A DNA stretch of 59,125 nt, filler included, from Catajapyx aquilonaris (Eukaryota), in NCBI GenBank assembly GCA_000934665.2. It is 4 parts of 4 records of this genome, joined end to end, with 100 filler letters (N's around TTAATTAATTAA, not from the genome) between each part and the next. Parts side by side here need not be neighbours in the genome. Positions count along the whole stretch, not along the records: positions 1 to 14,712 come from JYFJ02007707.1; 3 more parts are not named here. One strand, given 5' to 3'. The notes below the pieces were generated by a model. It saw only the letters and a list, made by a program, of their open reading frames with translations, was not told where the DNA came from and searched no databases. Position numbers and translations under genes: made by a program. Shown piece by piece: positions 1 to 13,930 of this stretch. How positions within the stretch are numbered: position 1 is the first letter of the stretch; each line of letters begins with the position of its first letter.

Positions 1-1298
1 GAACGTGTTCCAAATCCGACACAAATGAAAAGCTACAGGCTCCCCTTTCGGAACTAAGCTTTTAAAAATGCCATGACAAATTGGGACCTCGTAATTACGA
101 CCGAATAAATTCGATTTCCATCAAAAATAACAAATATTAAGCACACCTCCAAATACCATGTTTACGTTGGCAGTCGTGAAAATTGCGCCTGCGCACAAAA
201 ACTTGCAGCCGGTAATAGGCCCATATTAAATCGAGTTTAAAACGCAGATTCGAATGGAATGCATAGGATTGAACAGCATTTACTGCTGCATCTGTTGCGT
301 ATGTTTCCCTGATTTTAGCCCTTCTTATTAACATTCCAATTCTAGACTCTCAATTGATTAGCAAGTCGCTTCATTTCCACCTTAAGGGGTATTTCAATTT
401 TCAGCTTTCATCCGTTCTGCTTCTGTAGCAGCAAATGAATGCCAATGTTCTCATTGGTTGTTTGTCGCCATTTTTGTTGATATTTTAAAACTAATTTTTT
501 TTTCTCGTTTCTTATTGGGAAAATGTTCAGAAAATGCAATAGGAACTGATATTGCGTTACTCAATTCTTCTCGGGTCTCAGGAGGATATAATTATGGTAT
601 TGCATAAAATTGGACAGCTTTGTGATGGGATAAATGCCTGAAAACGACATCCACCTTTCGTGGCCTTATGACGAGAGGGTTCTATCTGACATTTTCGCGA
701 AAAATGAGATTTTTGTACACGCTGATGCTTCATGCACATATATTTTCCTTCCCTAAAATTTTCAGAGAGCCACAATTAATATTCTGCCCTCAAACCACAT
801 TTCAGGAAGAGCTTTAAAATGGCTCACAACTAGTTTCTTCATATCCATGCATTTACCAGGTAGAGTCACCTTCACACATCCACTGACGATCTACACACAA
901 ATGCCATTTCTATGTGAATGTCTCAGGGCACATTTTATGATTGAAACTACATGCCTGTATATTCTCATGCTGGCTATAGGTTTGTTGCTTATGGTCAGGG
1001 ATTTTTTCCCTTATAGTGTGACAGTTGGTTCTACTGGATCTTGCCACCCACAACCCTTCTCTGGGGCAATCACACCAACTTTGCCATGGTCCAAAAATAA
1101 TTATAAGATTTTGCTAGTGGCAGGAATGTAGTTTAGTCAAGAAGTGAGTCTCACAAAAAAAAACTGCAAATTGCAACTGGGATAACTGAGCGCATACACT
1201 TCTAGTACACAGCAAAACAAAATTAAGGGACATTTTTTTGATGCTGACCTGTCATCAGTAAAGTGAACTGCGGAGCCTAAATGGGCGAAATTTTTATA

Positions 1299-1951
<653 letters not shown>

Positions 1952-2201
1952 TAGTCCTAATCCTCGCCTAGAAGTATTCCAGAGGAACTCCCAACAATGT
2001 TCCATTCAATCTTATAGTTATGGGTGGCCTAGGTGAACATTTGATTTTATGAAAATTCGACTAAAATCGAAGGTATAGTGCTGGTACTATATGTGAATTA
2101 TTTGAAGATATATACCATAAAGTCCCATCAAACACATGTGAAACATGTTACCTAGCACACTTTGTTTTTAAGAAATAAATATACGTACTTACAGTTAGAA
2201 A

Positions 2202-3064
2202 TTGAAACGATGAGATCAGAAACCCCATAAGTCCAGGGAAGTAAATTTTTCAGGATAAAACGACCTAAGTTCACGATACTGCTGTTGTATGCAATGGAAT
2301 TTTATTTTTTACGTAACACACATGCAAGGGCAATAGTTTCGTCCTGGTTTTAAAATATTAAGTGGCAATGGGTGTCTGTAGTGATTTGTTAAAAGTCGTG
2401 GACTTATGTGGTTTCTGATCTCATCGCTCTCGAAGGGATCAATGAAGACCCAAATGCTATACTTTTTAAATTAACTTGGGCTTTATTTCCATTACAGAAT
2501 GACACCCTTTACTCATAGTCCTACAATTCAGTTCCGTCTGACCCCTTCTCATCTTCAGTTTGATCACTTTTCTTTTTTGAAGATTATGGGACTGACCCAG
2601 CCTTGTGGCCCTATACAACCCCTTACTTCCTATTTATTTAATGCAACAAAAAACACCAATACAAAACAAGAAAGCAATAAACTGCACTCTTAGGAGAAGC
2701 TAGCATCCTCTACGTCGCCTCTGGACATCATTTGCCATGATCAGGGATGGAAAAAGAACCGCTTCTTTGGGCGGTAAGCGGTTCTTTTTCTATCCCTGCA
2801 CATGGAAAAAAGAAGCGCTTCTTGGAAGGAAGCGGTACTTTTTCCATCCCTGGCCATGATGCATAAATGCATAAACCCCATATGTGGCGTGACTTGTGGG
2901 GTTTCTCAACTCACTGGGTCATTATTTTTCTGGGCTTTCCCCTGACGTTCTTGTGTGGTTTCTGCTTATACTCGATAGATAAGGATGTTGTGCGTCCATT
3001 TCCGGCCATAACTCAATTTCGCAAAAAAATGTGACTTATGGGATTTCTGATCTCATAGCTTCAA
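2202..3064. mobile_element. MITE with ~30-bp TIRs
   Basis: TTGAAACGATGAGATCAGAAACCCCATAAGTC ... GACTTATGGGATTTCTGATCTCATAGCTTCAA, with an extra TIR-like copy at ~2400-2428. Confidence 0.7.
2742..2852. mobile_element. 111-bp hAT-type micro-MITE nested in the preceding MITE
   Basis: CAGGGATGGAAAAAG ... CTTTTTCCATCCCTG with a perfect 8-bp TSD GCCATGAT. Confidence 0.9.
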
Positions 3065-4197
3065 TTTCATTTACCTTCTTCTTGCAGAGATCCCTACGGG
3101 AGGCGCACCCGGGCGCATTATTTATTTGATATCTTGGAGCCTAATATGAATACAACAATGAAACTTACATAACTGAAAGGTTGTGAATATGGGATTACTG
3201 CAAAAATGTTCTGAAATTTCAAATCTATTAGGCTCGTCGCTCGTGTCAAGGGTCACGAACTTTGACCTGCCAACATGGCATGTAATTTTAATCTGCTATT
3301 TTTTTTGGATGCTATTACCGGATTAGGGAATTTCCATGATGCATCCGTCCGTTGTCCGTTCGTAACACAAGTTTTGCCTATACATGCACAAGTGTATTTT
3401 ATTATAACAATGCCAGGATGCATGCATCTCATGATTTCATGCAATGTGTGTGTATTGTTACAATAAAAAAAGCTAGTACATGTCGGCAAAACCTGCGTTA
3501 CAAATGGACAGTATGTCTGTGTTTGCGTGGAAATGCTAGTTATGAGTAGCCTACCGTTATTAGAATTGAAAGCCACCTTTTTCATGTATGTGGGATGCAT
3601 GCACATTTACTGAAATAATCGGGTTATTGTAAGCCACCGCGGTGGCACCACCTACCTACTATGCCCAGATACAGGTGCAAGGCTTGTGTCATTAGCCTTT
3701 TTACCACATCAAGGAGCCATGTAGGCCTTAGTCGAGATCTTTGCAGTAGGTAGTTAATAATATTTTCCAGAATTTTAAAGCAAAAAAACCTATAAAGAAG
3801 GTAAGTCCACTTGCAGAGAACCCTTCAATTACTCCAGCAAAGAATTTTAGTTTGTAACTAACTTAGTTCCCTGCATGTGAGCACCAAGGGGAGGGAAAGT
3901 CTGACACTGATGCAAATCTTCTCTTTTCATGTTGATTTTCTGATGCTGCCATGACACAGTCTTGCTGTGCATCTAAGGGGGAATTTACTTTACTTGGGAT
4001 GTTTCCCCTTCAAGACCTCAGGATTGGGCTGTCACAGACATCCAGGCTTCAACTTGTGAAAATGAGCTCAGTGCAATAACAAAAGTGGTATCAGAAAATG
4101 GTAGACTTGCTATTCCCATAGGCAATGGTGTAAAGTGCTAAAGAAACATGCCTATAGAGTATAGAGTAAATGTTAAAGTTTGAAGTTGAAGTGCATA

Positions 4198-4810
4198 GGG
4201 TAAACTGCATAGTGATGGCCAGTTTAGCGTATTGGTCAGAGTAATACATGAATACCCTCAGAATTTCTTTCTGCATAAATTTTCTAAAATGTTTATCTAA
4301 TATCAGAGGATTTGCTAGTTCACATTCCATCAAATTCATTTAAATCTGTCAGCATGTGTGCGTATATTTAAAGGCACAAAATATACTGCCTAAAAGACAG
4401 TAATGGCCGCCCCTACAAATGATAATGGCCAGGTGCCAAGATAGTGATGGTCATAGCAGCAAAACAATAGGGTATCTACAGTAGGAACCTAAGGACAGGA
4501 GGGACCATTGGTATTAGGAATGTAGGCGTAACTGACACGAGATAAATCCACACAAAAGCATGCAGATTGTAGAAACTGGCCGTCACGGTATGGTTTATCC
4601 TACATGAGCAGTAGGTCTATTTGTGAGGTGCCATTACTGCTCTTTCAATGACCTCAGTGGACTGATTTTCGACCTAGTTCAAGCCAAGGGTTCCAGGTGT
4701 CACAACATGGTCACTTTTGCATGGTATGGCACTTAAACGGCTCATTTCTTAAAGAACCAAGACGCAGTGGGCCATCACTGTAGGGCGGGCCATCACTGTA
4801 TGGTTTACCC
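4198..4810. mobile_element. pogo-like non-autonomous element
   Basis: GGGTAAAC ... GTTTACCC termini with AGTGATGGCC / GGCCATCACT subterminal repeats. Confidence 0.65.
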
Positions 4811-4984
4811 TGCTTGTGAGTGACTAGGAAAGATGTTCATTCAGATTTCCAGGCAGTGGGATCAGTTCAAGTTTATGCAAGTGGGCTAGAGAAATTTCCT
4901 TAGCATCTTGGCGGGGAGAGAGGTTGCTAAGGAACATCCAGGGCTCACATCTACTCGATGATGCCCATAACTAGGTGGTGGGCA

Positions 4985-5336
4985 GGGGGAGGTGTGGTGG
5001 CCGAGATGGTAACGTCTCGGCTTGCTGAGTGGAAGGTCCCAGGTTCGATCCCCGCCTGGGAGTTCCCTTCCACCTCGTCGGGAGGGTCTCTGACCTGCAC
5101 CTTGGAGGTGTCTGGCAACCTAACCTCCTGGGGGACTGCACATGGCCCAAAGGTTAAGACATTGCACCTGCACAAGTTAGTGTCCCCTCCCCAACAATCC
5201 CTATCCCTACCCCATACCCAGAAGTCCTTGCATGGAGATTCAAGTAAAATGGAAAATTATTCTTAAATGTTGGTAATCCACTCCCCTATAAACCCTAATC
5301 AGGTTATCACAGGGTAATCGGGGGAAAAAACAACAA
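4985..5336 (+). mobile_element. tRNA-derived SINE family A, copy 1
   Basis: A box TGGCCGAGATGG, B box GGTTCGATCCC, A/CAA tail and TSD AACTA(G/T)GTGGTGGGCA. Confidence 0.88.
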
Positions 5337-5683
5337 CAACTATGTGGTGGGCACCACCAACTTACCGTGGCAGACCTTGCACCTCTCAGGATTCCCTCGT
5401 TATGTTGGCAAGCTAATATTTCAAGTAATATTTTGACAAGCACAGCATAAATTTTTTTAACTGCATCTCGCTCCACACCAATTTTTGCCCACTTCAATGC
5501 AGATGTTTGTTTGCAGCTGAATAACAAAAATATAGCCTTTAATTTTATTGTGCAGTGTATTTCACAGTGAAGAGACTTGTCTGACATAAGAGGGATCATG
5601 ATTCTGTGTCATCAACTAAGAAACTAACTGAAAGCATAATTCCAAAACAGAACATCTCACTTTAAAAAAAAGTCCAGCACACT

Positions 5684-8600
5684 TTAGGCATATCCACCTG
5701 AGGCAGCATTAGCAGAATCTTCTTTTTGGAACCAATCATTGATATGAAAGCGCTGCAGCAACCTGTTCAGATAAGTTCCTGTCTGTTCACCCTTCAACTT
5801 TCCTAGGATGGTGAAGAGGAGATCCAAATGAGCATAAAAGGCCTCATTATACTGTGCCACCTTTTCTTCTGCTTCTTCAGGTAGTCTGGGTGACTCACAG
5901 GATGAGGAAAGTACCAGTGAACAGAAAAGTGAACATAGTTGCAGGATGGCTGTGAGACAGCTCTCCACTGGTTTCATGTACACAAAAGCCTCACTCAGCA
6001 TGCGCGACAAAAACATGTCCTGTGCATAACGAATCTTCTCAAAGTCCTTTGTGGCATTCATACGCTTCATCATCACTGAATACTGGCTCTCCAACACATC
6101 TACCTGATAAAAGAATAAGATATTGGAAGACAAATTACCATCAGTTTTAAGGGTAAGATATTCAAGACAAGATTCCAGATAGATTGAATGGCTCCATCTT
6201 TTCACTGCTTCAACAGTACTGGCTGGAGTATTCCCGTAGGGCAGTGGTTTCCAACCTTTTACCAACAACTACACATGTTACCATAAATGTGCGACCCCCC
6301 CCCCCCCCNCCGGCCCCTTCTAAAACTGTCCCCTTTCCAGAAAACATACACTCTGTACGGCCGCAAAAATGGTTAAATTGACACTGAAATTGCAAAAAAA
6401 AAACCGTTGAACCAAGACTCGCAACCCCCAGCAACCCTGCCCACGACACCCCCGGTTGGAAACCTGCAGTAGGGCATAGGACATGCAAACCCACTATCCC
6501 CGCCAATGAAAATTGGTTAGTGACATATTAGCCATAGAGAGAGGATACTTATATTTGTCTCACTCTTGGGGAGACGGAGTGGCGCCGCGGTAACGCGCGT
6601 GCCCACGGAAGTTAAGGTCCCGGGTTCAATCCCCACCCGGGGTTCCCACCTTCTTTCGTGCAGAGTTGGGCCATCTCTGGCTTCGTTTCGGGTGGCAATT
6701 TCCGGCAGACTAAGCCACCCGGGGGAGTTCACAAAATGACGATTAGAGACATTGCACTTGCACTTTGCACATCCCCTCCCACCCACCCTTGGAGCATACT
6801 AATTAAGATTCTTCTTAAACTCGCTCCAAAACAAATTCCAAAGGTGGCAACCCACCCCCCCTAAGGAGTAGTATAACTCCCCCGGTGGGGTAATGAAAAA
6901 AAATAAAATAATAAAAATAAAATATTTGTCTCACTCAAGGTTCATAGGTCAAGTCAAAAAGTGTTCCTAGTATTGTTCGAATTAAGGAGAAAGGGCGAAT
7001 AGACCATTTTACACATTTTACAGGAGAGCTAATGACACTGGGGAACAAAAATTAAAAAATTCTGCTGCATGAGATTTTTCAACTGATTCGAAGTATTTTT
7101 TCAACACTGATTTCAAATCTGAAATCAGTTTTCCTCTACATGCTCTAGTTTTCATAGAATTTTAAACTTTCGATTTTCAGGGGGAAAAGGACACCCATTG
7201 CTATTTACACTGGGGATAGCTTTAGAATTAAGCTAAGAGCAGTGGTTTCCAATCTTTTACCAACTGTGACCCCCTACATATGTTTCTATAAATGTGAGAC
7301 CCCCCCCCCCACCCCTCCCACCTTTCCTCCCCTCCCCTGGCCCCTTCTACAACTGCCCCCTTTCCAGAAAACATACTCTCTATACGGCCTCAAAAATGGT
7401 TCAATTGACACAGAAATAGCAAAAAAAAAGTCGAACCAAGGCTCGCGACCCCTCTGGGGGGTCTCGACCCACCGCACCGGTTGGAAACCACTGGCTTAGA
7501 GCTACCATAACAAGCTCAGCTTGATGAAACAGTTCGTGAAGGCATTATACGTACTGATGGTGAATGTGTTCAAGCATCACAATATGCATTACAGTTTGAA
7601 AAAAGTAAAAAATATCAAAAAAGAATGTCCCGATTAAAAAACCCCATAAATCGAAAACTTGTAGACATACCTTATAATTTAAGTTTTAAAATTTTAAGAA
7701 ATGCCTAAAGTTTTGGTCTCACCTTAGTTTGTTTTGACATGAGCTTCATTTGTTGCTCGAGAAATAAAAAAGATGGTATTCGGTCTCGAGCCAAACCAGC
7801 TCAATTGTATCTGGAGATACTGCTGCGATCCTAACCCATAGGTGCTAGAGGTGATTGGTCTTTACATCACAAACATTGTTCTTGATGACGCACATGAAAA
7901 GTAGCCTCATACAAACAAACCTGCCGTATGAAGGTTTCATTTGTTCAGCCTACCAGTGTGCGAAGTCTTGAATGAGAAGTTTCCCTATGTCTAGACTACC
8001 CACAAGCCCAGATGGTATCATTGTAAAGGCCAAACCTTTGTGCAGGTGCCCTAGTTCATGCGTGTTTTTCCAGATTAATGCCGCGTTTCGCCACAAAAAA
8101 ATAAAGGTCCCTAAAAAATGCGCCTACCGTATATTTGCTAATACGCCGCCTTAATGCTGACGATATCAGGGAAAAACAAAACAAGGTCTTCAAAAGGAAT
8201 TTATATCTAAGTTAAAATACATGATGACGTAAACTTGGTTTTTTCCAGGTGAGTAACATCCCACTTGTTCTATGAGTATCCTCATAAATTTTTATCTTGG
8301 TTTGGAGTCTTTGGACACAAGTTCAGGTGAAAATATGAGATGCTATTATATCATACCTGTAGGTAATACTGAAGGTTGTCCACCAGGAATGCCATGCAGC
8401 TTCTCAATTGCCATCTGCTTGCTACTACATGTGTAAACCTGAAGAAAAACATTCATTCACCTCCTCAATCCAAAAACATCATTCCAAGTAGCTCCTGCTT
8501 ACATATATTTCTTGTGCCTCATCTGCCTGACCCACACCTCCTGCAGATCCAATTGCACCTGCCTCACCCGGAGCAGAAACATGAATGCTGTGTTGTAGTT

Positions 8601-8698
8601 GCGAAGGGTCCAGGGAGTTAGGAACGTTTGGAATGGCCAGGATACAGTGTATTCCAATGATACTGTCTGCCAAGTTGTCTCTGGAATGGAATTTAACC
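5684..8698 (-). CDS. TUBGCP4: Gamma-tubulin complex component 4 (GCP4/Grip75), last three coding exons: ~8698-8503, 8438-8357, 6103-5684
   Basis: Spliced translation WQTVSLEYTVSWPFQTFLTPWTLRNYNTAFMFLLRVRQVQLDLQEVW..RWQLRSCMAFLVDNLQYYLQ|VDVLESQY..TKDFEKIRYAQDMFLS matches the GCP4 GRIP2 C-terminus. GT-AG introns have compatible phases (2, 0). Upstream exons not found in this piece. Confidence 0.93.
6242..6466. mobile_element. hAT-type MITE (CAGTGGTTTCCAA family) in a GCP4 intron
   Basis: TIRs plus similarity to copies at 7240 and 34989. Confidence 0.82.
6568..6920 (+). mobile_element. tRNA-derived SINE family B, copy 1
   Basis: A/B boxes (TGGCGCCGCGG, GGTTCAATCCC), A-rich tail and 15-bp TSD ATATTTGTCTCACTC. 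Confidence 0.9.
7240..7493. mobile_element. hAT-type MITE (same family as 6242)
   Basis: CAGTGGTTTCCAA ... TTGGAAACCACTG with TSD GCTAAGAG/GCTTAGAG. Confidence 0.88.
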
Positions 8699-8824
8699 CT
8701 GTACTGCACACATTTAAGATCATGGGAAGAAAAAAATTCTAAAGCCTTTTTCTCGTCATAGGTGACGTAAGGATGGTTTTCATTATGTTTTGGGTCATCT
8801 CTGACCCAATGACTTTGAAGTTAC

Positions 8825-9193
8825 ATGGGCTGAGTCAAAAGTCATGGCAAGTATTTTTTAATTCAAAAACTGTAACACATACAGAGATGACCTTTGCTAA
8901 GTTTAGAAGGTCCGGCGATTACAATTTGACCTGATATATAGATGGCATCCATATCGCAAATGGGGGCCAGAAAACGAATGGCGATCATAACCCCCACCAT
9001 TCCACTGTCTCATGCAGCTCGGGGTCGGGGGGTCACGATCCCCTCTCGTTTACCAGCTCCCCTTGAGATCTCGGGGCCACCTATATTCCAGTCCAAATTG
9101 TAATCGCCGGACCTTAAAAATGTAGTAATGGTCATATCTGTACATGTTACCGTTTTTGAATAAAAATACGCACAATGACTTAGGACTCAAACC
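8825..9193. mobile_element. Foldback MITE
   Basis: Long imperfect inverted arms, e.g. GGTCCGGCGATTACAATTTG / CAAATTGTAATCGCCGGACC. Confidence 0.7.
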
Positions 9194-9607
9194 TCAAGCA
9201 ATATTGTGCCTGCGCCTCCAAAAAATTGTGATGAAATTGTGCTGGCAAAATTAGAATGGCCGCAAATGGCGACGAGAGAGCTACTCTTTGCAGTTTACAC
9301 ATGTAATTGGATATTTAATATCTGCACCTATATCTAATCAGCTCCAGAAACAATTGCTGCTTCAACAAATTCAAATTTCACGCCATTTTCAATGACCTTG
9401 GCTTCTCTCTGCTTCATACTGTATTCTGATCATATAATTTGTCGACATTGCCGTCATCTAGTGGAAGCTAACAAACTAACTGTGACATCAAGCCACACTG
9501 GTTTCGAGGACAAACGTTGAAGCTTATGGCGCCTGTGCAAATTAATTGTTGCCTTTAGGCAACAATGCGCGGTACAGGGTTAAGCATGTTCAGAATAACA
9601 GCATATA

Positions 9608-9847
9608 CAGGGTGTTCCAAGTTTGTGGGTCAGTTTTAGTTATCACTAATATCACCCAAAGTAGTTATTTTTGTGGAGCTTGTTGCGCCCCGATCCAGAT
9701 GCCTCAGCACTATCTGGTAGTCGAATGTATCGTAGAAGTGGCTATAGCATAGGGCACCATGATTGTGGTGCAACAAGCTGCAAAAAAATAACAGCTTTGA
9801 GCAAAATTTTCTATAACTAAAAGGACTAATATACTTGAAACACCCTG
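9608..9847. mobile_element. Tc1/mariner-type MITE
   Basis: TA|CAGGGTGTT ... AACACCCTG|TA; palindromic body. Confidence 0.8.
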
Positions 9848-10012
9848 TATGTGCCAGTTAACTGGTAGACCATTAAAAATTATTTTCAAATCAGTACCCC
9901 CTGACAGAGACACTTTTTTTCACTCTTGACCCTAACTCTCCCTCCCTCACCTTACAGCCATACAGCCTGAGTTGTCTCTTGGAATCTTTCACTAAATTAC
10001 CTTAAATAATGA

Positions 10013-10641
10013 TCAAAGAACGGATTTCTAGGTTTTTACCTACTTTTTATTTTGTAGGCAGAACACCGGAACCAAAATATCTATCCGTTTCATAACACAA
10101 GGACCTCAAAAATTGTAGTTTTATCAAACCTAAAATTGCCTATTTAGGGGATATGTTGGGACCTAAATGGCCTATTTACGCCTTTTTGGGGCACGTAATA
10201 TTTTCGGCAGTCTTTACGTGTTTTTTGTTCAAGTCATCTCTTCCGCTTCAACCTGTGAATAGCGAAGAAGCTGTAGCCTACAGACATGCCGGATGAACTG
10301 GCTGTACAAGACATTTAACTTTTCAAGAATGATCCAGTTGCTTTGTGTGACGTCGGAAGGTCATTTTCAGTGTATAAAGTTGTACTGTCACACAGGTATC
10401 GCCGACAAATAATTTAAAAAACTAAAATATGGAACTATTACTAATTTGTTACTGTGTTGCAAAATTACATGCCAAGAGTAGGGTGTAACTGTGTAAGTAT
10501 GTAGTATGTATTGCATGGGATTGAAAATAGATTAGGACCTGCTTGATTTTTAGTGCCTATTTAAGAGCCTATTTTAACTGTTTTCAGGACGTAAATGCCT
10601 ACCTATTGGAGGGTTTTTTAGAACCTAGATATCAAATCTTT
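10013..10641 (+). mobile_element. hAT-like deletion derivative with a dimerization-domain relic
   Basis: PVALCDVGRSFSVYKVVLS resembles P.TS.DVERSFS.YK; GCCTATTT subterminal repeats. Confidence 0.55.
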
Positions 10642-11306
10642 GATAACACTGGGGAACAAATTTTTGGTTGAATTAATACCAGCACTTGTTCTTATTTAAT
10701 TTGAGTGTGCTGAATTCGAATCTGATGTTAGTTTTTCTCTGTAAGCTCTAGATTTTCTACGATTCAAGATTTTTAGATTTTGCGACATTTTGGCGCCTGT
10801 CACATGATGACATGATCTCTCTGAGGAATTTATGGTCATACAGTCTTAAAATTAGGCTTAAACAACAGCCTTGGTAAAGTTGTACAGGGCATAGCGTGTG
10901 ACCAATCCGGCTGTCAGCCTGCTCTGAGAGGGGAACCCCCCGAAATATTACAAAGCATCTGCAAAGGATCAAGGCAAATTCCTTCAGTTCTTCGTTTGGG
11001 CTATCAATAGTTCGCTGGTCGCAGATGTCGTTGGCAATCGGAGGATCCCTTTGTGTAGTGGTATTAGGATATTGACTACATAACAATTATAACAGTTTTC
11101 AAAATGCAGCCCCCCCCCCCCTAAATATCTGAAGTTGATATTGAAATATGGAAGGCTGTAGCAATAGCTAATTCACTACTGTTCTGCTTGCTTCAACTGA
11201 AACATCCATATTGGTTAGTTATTTCTTGGCACTGTTTATTATTACTATCATTACTGCTTGTAAGGAATAACTTTTGACCAATTACTCCTACATGTTGTCA
11301 AAATTA

Positions 11307-11843
11307 CCGTATTACCTCTCATATTGCGGCATGTCGGTGTAGGCGAGGTCGACCAGTTTTCAGAAATGCATGATCTGGTGGTTATTTTCACATAAGTTAC
11401 ATTATCCTTCCTGAACTTGACATTTGCCTGAAAATCGAAATTCAAGTAAAGGCTATCGAAAAGGCACATTTTCCAAACAGGGTACCCGCATATCATATAT
11501 TGTTTTCAATTGCAGTGTTTGGTAATAATCTCTATTTAAACAGTATGTCAGAGCAGGGCGTTCCCCTGTCAAAGCAGGCTGATGATGGGATTGGTCATAC
11601 ACTCTACATTTTTTGAATGCACTGTGCAACAGAACTGACATATTCTCACAGCCTGTACACTCGCCCATTTTCATTGTAACATTATTTTAGTACGGTACCA
11701 GAAGCATTCACAAAAATTTGGCAAGGATCAAAATTACGGAAATCTACCTCGGTTATTGCCGCATGCTGGCCACCCCCGGTTATACCGGCATCCTGGTCGA
11801 CTTCGTTTTATACCGGCGTGCCGCAATATGAGAGGTAATACGG
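11307..11843. mobile_element. pogo/Tc2-type MITE
   Basis: TA|CCGTATTACCTCTCATATTGCGGCA ... TGCCGCAATATGAGAGGTAATACGG|TA. Confidence 0.88.
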
Positions 11844-12104
11844 TACAACTTAATATCTGATGATACTGTACTCAATTCCTATATTCAATTTATGCATAAT
11901 GACCAAACTTTTTCCACAAAAGCATGAAGCAAATGAATTACCCTACAGTTTATATAACCTTTGCAACATTGAGGTCACAAACTTTGTGTTCCATTCAGAT
12001 TGAAAACTGACTAAAGACTTCACAGTACTTATCCTATCTCTGGAAGTTACATGAATGAAACACGTTTCCCAAGTGAATTTCTCAACTCCCAGTATGTATG
12101 TATA

Positions 12105-13864
12105 CTTGCCCAACACCAGTGAAGTTCGCCTAGCACGAAAATCACCTGCATGTCGATATTACAAATACGAATTACTTGAGAATGAATCATGTTTTAATCA
12201 CACAACTTATATGCTAATGAGCCTCATGGAAGAGCAGTGTTGGGGCGAGATATCAATGCATTTGTCAGTGGAACAAGAAGAATAGGACAGTATTTATTAA
12301 GCGCGCCAGGGACAATGGAGTTCGCCCAGAGCGCTAAACGTGCCACAAAGTTCGCCCACTGTTAAATACAGACTTTTACGGTTGTGCCAGATGAAAAAAA
12401 AAAGTGCAGGTCTTTTGCCCTGCACCATAATGCCATTACTCATTGAACTCGGTGTCTGAAAATAACAATCACAGGAGGTGGTAAGCCCATTCCTCCAGAG
12501 GTACACAAGGTGAAATGAAAGAGCTCTGAAGAAGGATAGTATGCTTTTGTGGTTGCTCAAGAAGGGCATGTCGTCGGTGATCATGCAAAACCTCGTATCT
12601 CCAGCAAAAACCAATGGAAGATACGAGGTTTTGCATGATCACCGACGATGTGCCATGCTCAATGGCTAGGGGCATCGCATGAAGTAACAAAACTACAAGA
12701 ATCATTCAGAAAAACCTTACTATGGACGTCACCAGGCAACAGCAGCAAGGAAAAACCGAGAGATGAGAAAAATGTGTCGCAAAATCGGCGAAAGGAGCAG
12801 CGACCATCAATTTCAAAATGGTCCGATGTGACCCAAAAGGTGGTCCAAACAACAACCTGTCGACTCTGCATCCATGACATGAAGTTGAACTTTTATGTGC
12901 AACTTCTCAGACTAACGGAGAATTCATGAAATGAGGACCTGCCCTCTTGACAATAGGCCAAGAAGAAACCACCCTTAAAGGCACTGGAACAGGATAAAGA
13001 CTTGCTTGGGAGAAGGTATGGAAGCATTGGGCACATCAGATGTGGTATTAGTCATGTTTCACGATGAATTAGTCAGTACAGGGACATCCATAATCGAGTT
13101 CTGCAAACAAAGAAGAGGCGTACCATCCCAATGTCTCACTAGAACCGTCAAACATACACACAGCATTATGGTGTGGGGATGCACGGGTAGTGTCGGCCTT
13201 GGCAACTTTCCCGGAATCAATGGCACCATCGATACAAGCATGTTTCATGAGATTTGGAGAGACCATCCGCTGTGTGCGCCCTCAATAGCAACCTTACATC
13301 CGAATATCAACGCAATATTTCAACAGGACTTTGCATCTTACCAAAACAGAGGAAGCAAGTGGCTGGCAGACAAGGGGATTGACATTTTACGTGGCCATAG
13401 AGCAGCCTGGACCTCAATCCGATTGAGACAGACCGGAAAATCATGAAGAAGGTACTTTAGAGGAAACATCTTTGCACCAAGGCATCCCTGGAGGGCAAAA
13501 CTACGGGAGGTTTGGGACACCATCACTCCAGCCGAGTGCCAGACCTCATTCAACACATGTCGTGTTATGTGGAGGCCGTCATTGCTGCCCATGGCCATGC
13601 CACCTGCTTCTAGGCGAACGTTGTGGCGCGTTTAGCGCCCTGGGCGAACTCCATTGCTCCTGGCGCGCTAAATAAATACTGTCCTATTCTTCTTGTTCCA
13701 CTGACAAATGCATTGATATCTCGCCCCAACATTGCTCTTCCATGAGGCTAATTAGCAGATAATTTGTGCGATTAAAACATGATTCATTCTCAAGTAATTC
13801 GTATTTGTAACATCGACATGCAGGTGATTTTCGTGCTAGGCGAACTTCATTGGTGTTGGGCAAG
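12105..13864 (+). mobile_element. Minos-like IR-DR Tc1 transposon, near full length (1.76 kb), with a decayed transposase
   Basis: ~255-bp TIRs beginning CTTGCCCAACACC, TA flanks and internal AGTTCGCC direct repeats. Relic reads TVKHTHSIMVWGC..GTID..FQQD. Confidence 0.9.
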
Positions 13865-13930
13865 TACACGGTGGTCGGTAAATGGAGCACAAGCTTCATG
13901 TAGCGAGATTCCTTGTGAAAATCCAGTATA

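Noticed and set aside
3771..3800. 30-nt micro-exon (NFKAKKPIKK) with good splice sites
   Set aside because: No partner exons or recognisable protein.
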